Of a DNA stretch of 64,000 nucleotides, positions 1-13,400 are shown in pieces. The notes beneath the pieces are model-generated. The model was not told the DNA's origin. It did no database searches and worked only from the letters and a program-made list of their open reading frames with translations. A program made the position numbers and the translations under genes. Source of the DNA: Takakia lepidozioides (lineage: Eukaryota > Plantae > Bryophyta); the NCBI GenBank assembly GCA_030704615.1, contig CM060734.1:15376001-15440000 (forward strand), read 5' to 3'. The stretch's first letter is position 1, and every line of letters starts with the position of its first letter.

Positions 1-3000
1 GATTCGCCTGCCTTTCATATCGTTTCCTAGCTTGGCAATGTTGTACTTTGCGAGCTTTTAACAAACGCTTCGCGTTCTTCCAGTACCGCCGCTACTGCCT
101 GTTCCTCAACGTCCTGGGCCTACGCCAACTTGTCGGCACCAGAGGTGCTTTTCCATAGACCAATACGAAAGGGGAAACTCCCGTTGCGGAGTGTTTTGTG
201 TTATTATAACAGAACTCTGCCGCGTCTAAGTGTTCCACCAAGTCTGTTTGGTCTGCCGACACGTAATTCCGCAAGATCTGCTTCACTACTACGGGAATTC
301 ACTCTTTCTTGTTTGGCCGTCGGTCGTAGGTCGGAAGGCGTGCTCATCTTCAGCCTCGTCCCCATCTTCTTCCAATGGCCCTCCAAATTTACTCGTAAAC
401 TTTGATCGCGGTCCGAGACAATATCCTTCGGGACTCCATGATGCTTTAAGACGTGGGCGAAAGTAAAAGTCGCCCTGTCTCCTGCGCCGTTGCCGTCCCT
501 TGGTGGGGATGAATGGCCCATTTTATTGAACCTATCCACCACCACCATGATTTGCATCGAATCCTTTTGACACAGCGGCATAGCAGTCATGAAATCCATC
601 GAGACGCTTTCCCAAGTCCCCTCTGGAATCGGCAAGGTTTTAACCCCGCTTGTTTTTTTGTACTCGCTCCGGTTTTGTTGGTATGTGGTGCATGTCTTTG
701 TACATACTCCTCTGCCTCCTCCCTCAGTTTGGGCCAGAAATACTCTTTCTTTAAAGTGTGCCGCAGTGCGCTTGGCTTCGCGCCGTGGCCCGCAAGCGGG
801 CTATCATGGCATTCCTCTCAGAGGCTATCTCTGATCCCCTCCCTTCTGCACGTAGAGACGTTTTTGCTTATGACCGGAGCAGTCGCTTTGCAAGTGGAAC
901 TGCGATTTAACCCCCTCCTCAAGTCCTGCATCACGGACTTCGCCAGCTCATCCTTCCGGCAACCGTCCGGATCTTCCTTTGGAGCGCCGTCTCTCCCCTG
1001 TACACACCAACAGAGCTGGTGCTTTCTACTTAATCATCGCCCACCACGTTGTCCCGTCCCGGTTTGTACTGGATATCCACGTCGAACACTGCCAAAGTAT
1101 CTTCCACCTAAGTTTTTTGGGGACAACTTGGGCTGCGTGGCAAATAACTTCACCGTGACATGTCCGTAAACACCTTCACTTGGTTGGAAGGAACCACATA
1201 GTGCGCCAAAGCTCAAGACTTTGCACCCTCCACCGCCTTTCATCTATTTCTCGTGCGTCGGCCACCGTCGCGCTCACTTCATTCACTTTCTTACTTTCGT
1301 ACGCCACTGGACGTTCATCTTGCATCAGTACAGAACCACCCCCAATCGCGAAGTCCGACGCATCTGTATGACTCTCGAACGGATGATCGAACTCCGGTAT
1401 TTTCAAGACTGGAAGCTTCTTGCCTCCGCTGCTTCAATTCAGCAAAAGCTTAGCCACAAAAGGTGTTCCAAGCCCAGACTTTGGATTTACACAGAAGGTC
1501 TGACAAGCAGGCCCCGCGATCTTGGCGAAATTTCTCACATACTTCCGGTAATAGGAGGCGAGTCATAGGAAGGATCGCACTCCCGGGACCGAAGTCGGGG
1601 CTCCCAGTCCAAGATTGCCCTCCCTCCTGTCATCCATTCTGATCCCATCCGGTGTAATCACATGCCCCCCTCCACTTTTGTGACCCCGAATTCGCACTTT
1701 GAAGCTTTGGCATACAGCTTCCCTTCCCGCAATTTTCTGGAACACCTTTTTTGAGGTGCTCCAGGTGCTCCTCCTTTGTTTTCAAATACACCAAGATGTC
1801 GTCGATGTACACGATCACAAAGTCATCCAACCACTCTTGGAAAAGGTTGTTCATCAGCGTGCTAAAGGTCGTGGGAGCGTTGGTGAGTCCAAAAGGCATC
1901 ACCAAGAACTCATATGAACCATACCTTGTCCTGCACGCGGTCTTCTCCTCATCTCCTTCCTCCGCCACTCGAATTTGATGATAGCCGGAGCGCAGATCGA
2001 TTCGGCTGAAATACTTCGTTCCTGCCAACCGATTGAAAAGGTCGTCGATCCTTGGCAAAGGGTACCGGTTATTGATAGTCACCTTATTCAAAGCCCTGTA
2101 ATCGACACACATCCGCAGCGTCCCATCCTTCTTGTCTGCGAATAGCACCGGGGCTCCGTAAGGTGACTTACTCGGCCGGATGTACCCCTTTGACATTAGA
2201 TCTTTGAGCTGAGTCTTCAGTTTGACCAACTCTCTGTGGCTCAACCAGTAGGGCGCCTTGGCAGGCGGTTCCGATCCCAGTATCACCTCAATCTTGTGGT
2301 CAACTCCTCTTCGCGGTGGCAAGCCGCTTGGTAAATCCTCCGGCATCACATCATAGTATTTCTCCAAAATCCTCTTGATCCAATCTGGGCTCGGCTCCCC
2401 ATCGCCTTCTCCCTTCACTTCTCTAATGTAGAGCAAAAACTGGGGCTCGTGTGCCTCCTCCACGGCCCACTCCCTTGCTGATAGAAGGTTGATTCGCCCT
2501 CCCACGGGTTTGGGCGTTTCCGACACTTGTAAGACCTCGCCACCATTCCCACATGGCAGCGTGACTACTCTCTTGCGGCCATCTATGACCGCTCCGGATT
2601 TGCTCAAAAAGGTCATCCCCAAAATGAGATCCACTCCATCGATCTCGCAGATGGTGAAGTTCTCACGTCCCTCCCAACTCCCCAGTTGAAGAGGAACATC
2701 AAACGCCAACCTTGTCGCCAATTGCGGTTCTCCTTTGGCAGAACGCACCTCAATAGAGGCCCCCACGTCACTTGTCGGGAGTCCCAGCTTTTGTGCCATT
2801 GCCGGTGTCATGAAGGAGTGCGACGCTCCTGTGTCCACCAACAACGACACGTTAGTTCCGGATATTATCCCATCCACGAACAATAACTGACTCCCTTTAC
2901 GTAAGGCGCCAGTTTCCTGATACAACTCACAAGAAAATTTGCCTACCTTGCAAGTCCTGGCGACCACCACTTCCACCAAGCGACTGACGGTATCTTCCGA

Positions 3001-4106
3001 CAGCTCTGTGGTCGCCCGAGTCATGTTCAATTGCCGGGGCTTCGTGCACTTCTTGGCCATGTGCCCGGGCTCCCCGCAATTGAAACACACTCCATCAAAG
3101 GTCGCCTTCTGTCCGCCATAGGCCGCTCCACCCGCTTTTCCTTTCGAAGCACCGGGTGCCGCCTTGACTTGTGAAGGCCCTCCCTTTGATTTCCACGTGC
3201 CATTGTCGCCGCGTGGCCTATCCCACTTCTTTTCCGGTCGGAAGGAGTCACCTTCCCGCCGGGTCTTCTTGTGGTTCAGCTCCGTACGGCCTTATCTTTC
3301 ACCCTTAGGGACATCCGAGAAACATTCAGCCCTCTCAATTGCCTCGTTCAAAGTCTTAGGTGGCTTCTCCTCCAACTTCCGCCTGGCCCATGGGGCCAGT
3401 CCCGCCACAAAGTTGAAGACCATTTCTGGTTCTGCCATGTCCGCGACTTGAGCAACAACACATTGAAAGCCTGGACATATCCCCGAATGTCATCTGTTTG
3501 CTTCAAATTCCTCATCTTGTCCCGGGCGAGCCAGGACGCGTTGAGGGGCACAAACAGCCTCTTCATCAATTCCTTAAACCCACTCCAGTTCAAGGTTTCC
3601 GGGCTTGGACCTCGGTTGTGAAGGCGTTTCTGCCACCATTGTTGAGCATAGCCCCTCAAATAGGTGGGAGCCACTTCCACCCGATCCTCGTCACTCAACT
3701 TGGCCGCCCGAAAGTACTGCTCTAGCTCCAAGAGCCAGGTGTTGAGTGCCTTCCGATTTCGGACGCCCTTGAAGGTGCCGGGTTCCTTAGGCTTCACCTT
3801 AAACTTTGCCTTAGTGGAAGTGGCATTAGCCGCCTTCAACACGTCTTTCAACGTCCCGCCAAATTGCACCAACAACCCTTCCCAAAAGGCTGCCGGCATG
3901 GGAGACATCTGTTGGTCGGTCGGAGCTCTCAGGGATTCCTTAGGCTCCGACTCCTCAGCTTCCTCTTGCTCTTGAGCGGCCTCGTTTTCGGAAACATGCA
4001 TCGCTTCCTCAAACGGCCGCCTCGGTGACACGTCGCCCCCATCGGGCTCACCAGGATCATCATCTTTTGGGCCGTTCCGCTTTCGCTTTGGCTTGCCCGA
4101 CCCCAT
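1..4106 (-). pseudogene. gag-pol polyprotein of chromovirus copy A, multiply frameshifted
   Basis: ORF pieces 3348-4394, 1630-3090, 1176-1406, 204-635 and 92-286 align by eye with the more intact ORFs of copy B. Many 1-bp indels. Confidence 0.9.
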
Positions 4107-4147
4107 GATGAGGCCAATCCCAAGGACGATCGCGTACTGAACTCTAA

Positions 4148-4159
4148 GCTCTGATACCA
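4148..4159 (-). promoter_or_regulatory. Primer-binding site (tRNA-iMet) of copy A
   Basis: Reverse complement TGGTATCAGAGC, abutting the LTR. Confidence 0.9.
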
Positions 4160-4870
4160 CTTCGGTAAGCTCCCCCCTCAAGTCATAGTTACTCGCTTGA
4201 TGCGCACGCCTAACTCCCAACCTGGCCGCCGGGCCAACTTGGAGCTCCGGCTGCTCACCGGGGCATAACGGTCCCCCTTTGATCTCCCAAAGAACCCTCC
4301 AACGATTTGGAACCAGCGGAATTCCCTTTGGTAGTTGGCAGTCCGGAACAGCTCCCCACTCTTTGGTCGCTTTCCGGCTCGCTCGCTTACTCACTAGTTT
4401 TTGGTCACCAACGGGCTTGCACCGTTCTCGGGGTTACTACTCCCTATATATACTTCTGTAGCTGTCTGCGGGGGTTTCACAAACAACCATGCCATTTTAT
4501 GGCGAACCACCATGAACACCCTCGACTCCCGGTGGTGAGTCGCGGTGAGTCTTGGCCCACCCACCACGGCCCCTATGGACCGTGATGAGTCCCAAGACTC
4601 CCCACGACCCCCACCACGAGGTCTCCGCCCCAGGGTGAGTCCTATGCCACCCCCACTAAGTCCCGCTAAGCTACCACCACCCCTTGTGGAGCCACCCCCA
4701 CCGCAACCTAGTGTGCGGGGCTCCACCTAGTGAGCGCCTCCGCCTCCTTGAGTGCCTTGGGCACTCAAGGGTGCTTCAGCCCCCCATACCTATCGTTGCC
4801 ACTGCCCCCACCTCAGGGGTAGCCCTTCTTGTGTCCCGACCCCCTGCCCTCAAGGCAAAGGGCCACGACA
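4160..4870 (-). repeat. 5' LTR of chromovirus copy A (U5 terminus deleted)
   Basis: Starts TGTCGTGGCC on the minus strand at 4870. Matches 57962-58689 and, in the opposite orientation, 30681-31395. Confidence 0.9.
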
Positions 4871-5186
4871 GTCCCACTCCACAAACGATTAAAGTTCTTT
4901 GTGGTGTCGCATCTATGTTTTACTTTTGATCAATTTGCTCACTGTAGAATGCATGTTGGACATGGATAACAACTGTGGAGACCTGCTACTCACCTCGTGC
5001 ATCCTCACTAACACACATCTTGATGTGGTGGTTTTTGGGACGGGCACAGGTGAGGGTCTTCACTGGATGTGTATTTGTTCAGTTTGCAGATGATCAAAGG
5101 ACGATTGACGCTACATACTGCTTCAGTGGGGCATCTGATACAATTCGGCCTCTCAATCTTAATCCTTTTTGGTTTTTATGGGTTGT

Positions 5187-5302
5187 AACCTGATTATAAG
5201 TCAGTTTTCTGGTATGATACTAGTCTGAACTTTGGCACCATATTAGTGGGGTTTTCAACCTGATTGTAAATCAGTTTTCTGGCATGATACCAGTCTGAGC
5301 TT
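5187..5302. repeat. Short imperfect direct duplication (~46-bp unit, 70-bp period)
   Basis: aacctgattRtaaRtcagttttctggYatgatacYagtctgaRctt at 5187 and 5257. Confidence 0.7.
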
Positions 5303-5403
5303 CGACTGCATTTTGATATGGTGCTGGAGTACCATATTTTTTTAATATACTTTCGGCATGGGTAACGTGGAATTCTTTATCGCTTCGCCATTGAGGTCAT
5401 TAC

Positions 5404-5605
5404 CAGTGTTGTGCGGGTACCCGCTTAGGCGGGTTGGAACCGGCGGTTCCGGTTCCGGTTCCTGGGAACCGGTACTGGAACCGGAACCGGCGCCCCGGAA
5501 CCGAGGGAGCAGGGACGAGCCGGTTCTAGAACCGGAACCGGCGGGTTCGGGTTTTTCCAGGAACCGGGGGGTCAGTGGCGGTTCTGGATCCAGTTCCCGC
5601 ACTAG

Positions 5606-5648
<43 letters not shown>

Positions 5649-6493
5649 CTCCCGCGATCTGTCGTCTCTCACGCGCGATCTGCTGCAGTAGCGACTTCAG
5701 CGCAGGGGAGGGTTTGGTTTTCCTGCTTTTGTGGTCTCGCAGTTTGTGAGATGTTTGTCCATTTCTAGTTGTGACACTTCTCGCGGTGTCATTAGTGTTG
5801 TTTGTGCAGGGATACGTTACAAGAGGGTTGGTTGCTTCTGTGCGTGGGTCCGGGGTTGAATGTTGGACCAGGTGTTATGGAGGAAGGCATGGAGCATTTG
5901 TAGAAGGGAGGAAGAATGAGAGTGTGGAAGAAGATGTAGGTAGGTCTGCAGGGTGTTGGATTGTGAAAGAATGGCATCAGCTGGGAGAGGATCCGAGCGG
6001 CCCACATGATTGAATGGATGGAGTTGACATGGTCCAGGTACTCGCTTCTAAATATGTAATTTAATGTGTCTCTCGTCTCACCAAAGGATGGACTCATGGT
6101 GCACAATTGTAGTAGAAAGCCGTTATAGACCTGGTTCTAACAACGACTCCATTGTCTTGTAGAACTACAATTGTGAACAATTGCTTTCTATGCATTCTAT
6201 GCTTTCTTTGTTTATGAATGTTGTGTTGTTTCTTTTCAACATGGTCAAAATATTTCATATAACTAATGGGGATTCACAAATCATTTTCAGATTTATAAAA
6301 AAAGATAAATTATAATTATATATATATATATATTCAAAAAATACAGAACCAGAACCGGAAACTGGAACCGGCGGATCCTTCCCAAAAAATACCCGGAACC
6401 GGAACCGGCATCTGCTCCGAAACCGCCTCTTTAAATCTATCAAGGAACCGGAACCGGCGGTTCCTTCAATATGGCAAGAACCGCACAACACTG
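5404..6493. mobile_element. Non-autonomous hAT DNA transposon
   Basis: 13-bp TIR CAGTGTTGTGCGG / CCGCACAACACTG. Perfect 8-bp TSD GTCATTAC (5396-5403 and 6494-6501). Dense subterminal GGAACC/CGGTTC repeats at both ends. Confidence 0.93.
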
Positions 6494-7785
6494 GTCATTA
6501 CTTTTCTGAAAATTTCAGATAAGCAAAATTTGAATTAATAAACGCCGGACATCGAATGACTCTACGGTATGGTATCAAGAGAGAGATAAGAGGGGAGATA
6601 GAGTTGAATAAGATCCTGAAACTTAAAGAATAAGGGTAGCATGAACACTTCCCTGTTCTGATCAGCCGTCAAGAGGGTGCTCTCATTAAGGAACAGGAGC
6701 CGGCTGGCATGTAAGCGCCATTCTCAACAATCACAGTATCCTTTCGCGGAGAACGAGGTGGTGGGAGTGCTGTTCGATTGCTGGTGAGCGCAGCGGAGCT
6801 TAATAGAGGTCATAAAATTATCAGAGGAAGGCGGCTTCATCAGAGCGCAGGAGCGGCATTTTGTCTGATCATGCGGGGAATGCAGCAGCTCAGCCGTGTC
6901 AGCTCATTGATGTGAATGAGCTGGGAAGCACTCGTGGATGATGGAGAGAGAATGCGTCAGTGAAGAAGAGTGGAAAGAGGGGAAGAAGCGGAATTCTGTT
7001 AGCTGGATAGATAGTGAGTTAGGATAGAGCCGGGGAGACAAGTCAGCTTTCACAGAGACGGCGCTTAAATAACCTGCTGCCACTAGGAGGTACTTGAAGC
7101 TGCAACTGGCATCAGTACACTCACGAGCATGAGAGTTAGTCCTTGATGGGTGAGCGGGAGAGAGCTTGAGAAAATCTAAGTCCCAGAGCTCTCTCACCGC
7201 AACATGCGGAGCCATCGCGCTGTTTTTTTCCCTGCAAATTAAAATTCATCTTTTCATAGCATTGACATCTCTAGCATTGGCATCCTCAAGATCGCACCTC
7301 CAATGCCTAATCTTGTTGCTTCGATTGCGGGTTTCCTCGTCGTATGTGATACGTGCAATTGAGGGACACTTGAAGAACAAAGATACTCACACTCTAGTGG
7401 TCCGGAGATGATTGGCGCTGAATAACACAGGCCTCTTGTTCCAGGTAGGAAACAACCCAAAAGTATATGGGCTGTACCTCATGCAGATGATGCAGGCTCC
7501 CTTTTATTAAAAGAAAAGAAAAAGGAAATAAGATAGAATGTATGTAAGATGTTTTCTTAAAAATATTTCCTTTTGTATCTTTGACATCTGGATTTCAAAA
7601 AAAGAAAAGTTTTTAAATACAAAAGGGTACGAGAGGAGGGTGAGGCGGGTTCTTCTTCTTCGTCTGCTGCTGCTTCTGCTTCGTGTTGAGTGTGGGGGTG
7701 ATCTTGTGAGCTTGTGCAGGGATCGTTGTGAGGTAGGGTAATCTGTGTTGGGGCTGGGAGTTGAGGAGAGGGGGCAGCAGGCATC

Positions 7786-8223
7786 ATGCCGAAGAACAAG
7801 GGAAAGGGAGGGAAGAACAGGAAGAGGGGGAAGAACGAAGCGGAGGACGAAAAGCGAGAACTGGTGTTCAAAGAAGATGGGCAGGAGTATGCACAAGTGC
7901 TGAGAATGCTTGGAAATGGAAGATGTGAAGCGGTTTGTATAGATGGGCCCAAGAGGCTGTGCCACATACGAGGGAAGATGCATAAGAAGGTGTGGATCGC
8001 ATCAGGGGATATTATTTTGGTAGGACTTAGGGATTACCAAGATGATAAAGCAGATGTGATTCTCAAGTACCAGCCTGACGAAGCCCGGCTGTTGAAAGCC
8101 TACGGTGAGCTTCCTGAGAACGTGCGTCTCAACGAGGGTATCGCCGGCGGGATGGATGAGGAGGAAGATGGCGGCGGCGATGATTATATCGAGTTCGAGG
8201 ACGAGGACATCGATAGGATCTGA
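7786..8223 (+). CDS. EIF1A: Eukaryotic translation initiation factor 1A (intronless CDS, 145 aa)
   Basis: [18 protein letters not shown]...[15 protein letters not shown]...[14 protein letters not shown]...[16 protein letters not shown], with the plant-type acidic tail [13 protein letters not shown]. Confidence 0.98.
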   Translation: MPKNKGKGGKNRKRGKNEAEDEKRELVFKEDGQEYAQVLRMLGNGRCEAVCIDGPKRLCHIRGKMHKKVWIASGDIILVGLRDYQDDKADVILKYQPDEARLLKAYGELPENVRLNEGIAGGMDEEEDGGGDDYIEFEDEDIDRI

Positions 8224-9049
8224 TGGGTTTGTGTCATCGTGGCGGAGGTCTGCCAGGGCCCAGTGTTGTTTATAATTTGTTCACACACATGGATTATAAC
8301 GTCTTCTATGAATGTGCTGCTCGATTATCCTTTTTCGTAGCTTACTGGGGCTCTGTAAGATTGGGATACATGTTGAAGGAGGAGCTTTAGGGTTAGGATA
8401 TTGGGCTTCACGGACATCGGGGCACTGTGGCGAGTTCTTGAATTTTCTTCATCAGGATCGACTTCGAAGCAAAGAGACTGATTGAGTTAAGAGAACCTCT
8501 CTCAAGCTTTGTAAGAAGCACGCTCTTACCGTCCATTTGAATGTATTGTTTGTTTAAAGTACAATCACTCTTGCGTATCCCTGCAAACTTTCCTTTCCTT
8601 TACCTTCCTGCATATTGGTCATCCTCACCTTTGTTTTATCACTCCCCTCGTAGCTCATGGACACCTTCAGGAAATGGCAATCAACGTCCAGTGTCTTGTT
8701 TTTTGGTCTTTGTGGAAGGACTGCATTGAGTTCATGGTTATTTTTGGTGTCCTTGTTTCTATACGTACAACGGTCATTTCGTCAATTGGTGATTGAAGAT
8801 CATATTCCAGCACTCTTGCACACCTTGGTGATTTAGAAGTGTAAAAACAAAAACCAAAAAAAAAGTGTCGATGAGTTTATTTGGAAAAGAGGGCGTTTCT
8901 CTTGCACACATGTGGTGCAGCTTTAACACTTAATGTAGATCTTAAGTGCCCAGTGGCGCCATTCACATCGGTCCCAATATGAATGTGGCTTGATTTTTAT
9001 TGCAAGCTTGTGAGCTGACAGGTACGGCCTGCGAGGTACAGCCACACGC

Positions 9050-11050
9050 TCCGGCACCCTCGTCGGCGAGCTGGACGTCCCATGTCAAATCGCCCCCACC
9101 CCCCGACTGCCCCCGTCCCCGCCAGTCCCCGCCCGGGACCCCTGACCCCCGCCCCACCGCTGGCCACGTGGCGCCCCACACCACCGCCCGATCTCCAGCC
9201 ATGTGGCAGGCCCCCTGTTGTGGAACCCCTCAGTGGGTTGATCTCCCGTCCAGTTCCGGAGCTATCCCCCACCCCCCATCTCCAGCCACGTGGCGCTCCC
9301 CCGCACCGTCGATCCCCTCCCCATCCATCCAACCTCAATTAAATGGATGACGTGGGTCATCCGCCTCTCACATCCCCCGCCATCCTCCCGCGCAGGGGAT
9401 GGATGACGTCCGAATGAAGGCCCGATGATGCGGCCATCGCCACGTGGTGCTCCCCCCGCCGTCGATCCCCTCATCCCATCCACGGCGCGATCCCCCAGAC
9501 GTCGGCGCTCCCCCGACCCCCGACTGGGGTTGATCCCCCCTCCAGACCGGGAGTGATCCCCCAACCCTAATCGCCCGCCACGTGTTGCTCCCCGAACCGT
9601 CGATCCCCTACGTATCCATCCAACCTCACAAACAATGGATGATGTGGGTCATCGGCCCCTCATCCCCCCGCCATCCTCCCGCACAGGGGATGGATGACGG
9701 CTGAATGAAGAGGCGATGACCCGTCCATCCCCACGTGGCGCTCCCTCGCCGTCGATCCCCTCATCCCATCCACGGCGCGATCCCCCGAGGCGTCGCCGCT
9801 CCCCCGACCGGCAGTGATCCCCCACCCATAATCGCCCGCCACGTGTTGCTCCCCCGACACGTGCTGCTCCCCCGAACCGTCGATCCCCTGCGCATCCATC
9901 CAATCTCAAAACAATGGATGTTATGGATCATCCGTCCCTCATTCCCCGCCATTCTCCCGCGCAGGGGATGGACGACGGCCGGATGAAGGCCCCATGACGC
10001 GTCCATCACCACGTGGCGCTCCCCCCCGCCGCCGATCCCCTCGTCCCATCCACGGCGCGATCCCCCGTGATGTCGCCGCTCCCCCCGACCTGGCTTGATC
10101 CCCTGCGCATCCATCCAACCTCAAAACAATGGATGTTCTGGGTCATCCACCCCTCATCCCGCCGCCATCCTCCCGCGCAGGGGATGGACGATGGCCGGAT
10201 GAAGGGCCGATGACACTGACACGCCACGTGCCGCTCCCCCCGCCGTCGATCCCCTCATCCCATCGGAGCCGTTTCCCCGCAACTGGGTTGATCCCCCGTC
10301 CATTGCGGGAGTGATCCCCCACACCCAATCGCGCGCCACGTGGTGCTCCCTGAACCGTTGATCCCCTGCCCATCTATCTTACCTCAAACCATTGCCGTTC
10401 ACAGTGACACGCCACGTCGCAATCCCCCCCACCGTCGATCCCTCCAACGATCAGAGGGCCGATCCGCCTGCCGTCGCCGCTCCCCCACCCTCGTTGATCC
10501 CCCGTGTTGTGCGGGAGTGATCCCCGAGCCGTCAATCCCCTGCCATCCATCGAACCTTTATAAATTGGATGATGTACGTCATCCGTCCGTCATCCCCCCG
10601 CCATCCTCCCGCGTAGGGGATGGATGACGTGCGGATGAAGACTCCATAACACTGCCACGCCAGGTGGCGGTCTCCACCACCGTCGATCCCCACCGCCGTC
10701 GATCCCCTTCGACCATGGACGGCGCGATCCCCGCATTTTCGCTCCCCCTGCCTCGGTTGATCCCCTCGTCCAATTCGGGGACTGATCCCCCTCCCCACAT
10801 TTTGCGGCACGTGCTGCTCCACGGTGCCCTCGATGACTGGGCCACGTGGCGGTCCCCTCGCCACGCCGTCCATCTCCCTCGGTCCCTTGATCCCCTCTTC
10901 AACGTCATGTGGCCGTCCCCCCACCGTCCGATTGTGTCAGGCGATGGTCCACTAGGTGCGCTCCCTCAGTCGTCCATCCCCCACCCTGGTCTTGCCGCCG
11001 ATCTTCTGCTTTGATCCCCCTTCGACCGATCCCCGAATTCCTTCCATTTC
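9050..11050. repeat. Degenerate C-rich tandem array (~170-290-bp units)
   Basis: Anchor CATCCATCCAACCTCAA recurs near 9322, 9613, 9893, 10108, 10371 and 10544. Sub-motifs GATCCCC and CCACGTG(G) recur throughout, with related motifs again at 11840-12120. Confidence 0.85.
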
Positions 11051-12189
11051 CAACGATGGGTATCGCACCACGTGGACCTGCATGTGCTGTTCACTTTGTC
11101 CTGGAGGTAGGGTTCTCCATCTCCGTGGTTGAGGGTTTCTAGCTATCGTGCTTGTTCGTGCTCCTGCTTCGACGAGTTTGGGATGACCTGTCAGTGCCTG
11201 AATCGTGTGCGCTCGACGGCGTTTGTGATTCTCTTGCGACGAACGTCTTCCATACAATGCGTTAAGGGGGTTTTCTTCTTCTCTTCTTCTTCTTGTTGTT
11301 CTTCTTTTGTTGTTTTTTCTTGTTTTCTGCTTTGTTGTTTGTTGTTTGTTGTTTTGAAAGCTGAAGCAGAGGATTGGCGTAGGCTGCACCTAATCCCATG
11401 TGCAGGGGGATGAGGATCTGTGACTATAGTAGCTTTCCCATATTAAACTTCAGCCTCAACTTCATGTTTTCTTTTTTATACTACTTACCTTGCTAAATTG
11501 ACATGTAAGTTCATCTGTGTGTTGCAGAATCGAACATGGTTGCATATCGGGCAGCTGAATAGGATTGATGCAGGTTGCAGAGTCCAACATGGTTGTATAC
11601 CGGCCAGCTCATAATGCATGCACTTATAGGTATTTCTTTTTCGACCTAGCATGGTGTTTTACTCGTCCTACACAACGGTCTCCTTCTCATGTTCCCTGCC
11701 CCTGTAGTTTTGGTCCCCTTCCTCTCACGAGTTGCCTCCCTCCCTCAATCCCTCACTTGCAAAATCCCCCAACATCCAATCCCTCCCGAGTTTCTGCTCC
11801 TCCACTGTCTGGTCCCCCCCACCGCTCCCCTGTCTTCGCTGCCCACGTGTCACCTCCCTGACCACAGAATCGCCATGCATATCACATCCAGTGCTCTCCG
11901 CACATAGTTGTTCCCCTCTACTAACATCCCCCCACGTGTCTGGCCCCCCTACTTTGATCCCCATGTTTTAACACTGCCTAGGGGTTTGCTCCCCTTCACA
12001 TCTCCCCATGCCTGCTCCCCCTTATGTCCGCCCAGATCTCCCCACGTGTCGGGATCAGTGATCCCCAGCCTGGTGCTGTCGCCACGTGTCCCAGTAGTGA
12101 TCCCTGCTCACGTGCCGCTCCCCTCGGTACATTGCACGTGCGGAATGACCCTCGACCCCCTGTTTTGCACTTGTATCCTTTGGCCGATT

Positions 12190-13400
12190 TAAGGCACGAC
12201 ATCTGCCCCAGTCATATCATGATGCTTTTTGCACCACAGACTGCTCACAAACTGCCCTATCATGGATTTGGACTCTTCTTGCATGGAGGTTGGCGGACGT
12301 TTGGGAATTTTCAGAATCAGGAAAGTATGCTGAAAGAAGTGCTCCTGGCAGAGGGACGACTTAAGATATGGTACAATGCAGGACAAAATGCTGATCATCG
12401 ACTCCTGCCGAGCATTTTTTCGCATGGTGCGTGCCCGAGCGTTTCATGAATTTGCGGCAACGGAAACGGCCCACTTTCAACTTTTGTGGTGCAAGGGCAA
12501 CGATGCCGAAGGCCTACAACGTGCAGCCAGGGCCTGGGAGGATCTATTGTTTAGGCGGGAGCACATTGATTTGGGACGCTACGTGCATCTTTTAAGTAAG
12601 TTCATGTTTTGCCCCTCCAAGAGTCTGTCATTGTAAAGATCAGAATTGGAATAGATGAATGGGGGATCACGGGGATGAAAACTAAGACAGAAGCGGTTGT
12701 CTCTATGATAGGTGATGCTAAGGCAGCTGATGTTGGAGTTCAAAATGCCATGGAGGAGGTCTTGCGAGCAAACAAGGTGTTGTTGGCGAGAAGACATGAA
12801 CTACATGAGCGACGAGTGTCACCATATGCCCCTCACCTTTCCCACATTGATGTTGACACCTTCAATTTATCGCAGTTGTCCCACCTTGCATCGCAGATGA
12901 CGTCGCCAACACCCGCACAGGTTCAAGCACCGCCACTACAGCAAATGGGGGGGGAGTGGTGGTTTGCGACGCCAGCCGCGCCCCCACACCCCGCGCACCG
13001 CCCTGTCAAACAGGATGAGCCCTGGGAGAAGAGAGTAAAAGAGATTCTCAAGGATCTGAATCTGGACCCGCAAGTCTTGACCTTGCTGGATAAACCTGAC
13101 TTAGAGAGTGTAGTGTCCAAAGCCATGTCTGTTACCAGAAAATTATCCGAAGAAAAAGAAGTTAGGAAGAAAACTTCCCTGAACCTGTTTCTAGTCTGTG
13201 ACAAGGGGGAGGACATCATGGATGCGCTCAAGGGTCTATCCCACTCTTGGCACCATACCTAAATTTAAAGTCAGGGCAGGAAGACTACCTTTGAACAGTA
13301 AACACAAGCAGAGAGGAAAGGGAGAGTGAAATTTCCCTGACGTACCTCTGCTGCTGCTGGTGCTTGAAGCGAGCTGGCGCGGCGAGCTGTTGCGGTGCTG
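12190..13400 (+). pseudogene. Frameshifted coding-like region of unknown family (possible TE accessory gene)
   Basis: Overlapping plus-strand ORFs 12024-12449, 12376-12636 and 12609-13262 have protein-like composition and chain together by frameshifts. No motif recognised. Confidence 0.3.

Larger units (their letters stand above)
1..4870 (-). mobile_element. Ty3/Gypsy chromovirus (Galadriel-like) LTR retrotransposon, copy A (5' LTR plus gag-pol; runs off the window start)
   Basis: Minus-strand gag with CCHC knuckle ([14 protein letters not shown]), protease ([11 protein letters not shown]), RT (YRALNKVT...VYIDDIL), RNase H (HTDASDFAIG) and integrase fragments. tRNA-iMet PBS at 4148-4159. LTR 4160-4870 is near-identical to 57962-58689. 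Confidence 0.95.

Noticed and set aside
1-1750. Very high indel density in copy A as a biological signal
   Set aside because: Many single-base indels with few substitutions relative to copy B look like consensus or assembly error. This cannot be resolved without reads.
9050-11050. CRISPR-like array
   Set aside because: Eukaryotic context, degenerate long units without a conserved-repeat/unique-spacer structure, and no cas genes.
8960-11400. Many overlapping Gly/Arg/Pro-rich ORFs
   Set aside because: By-products of a GC-rich repeat array; no recognisable domain.
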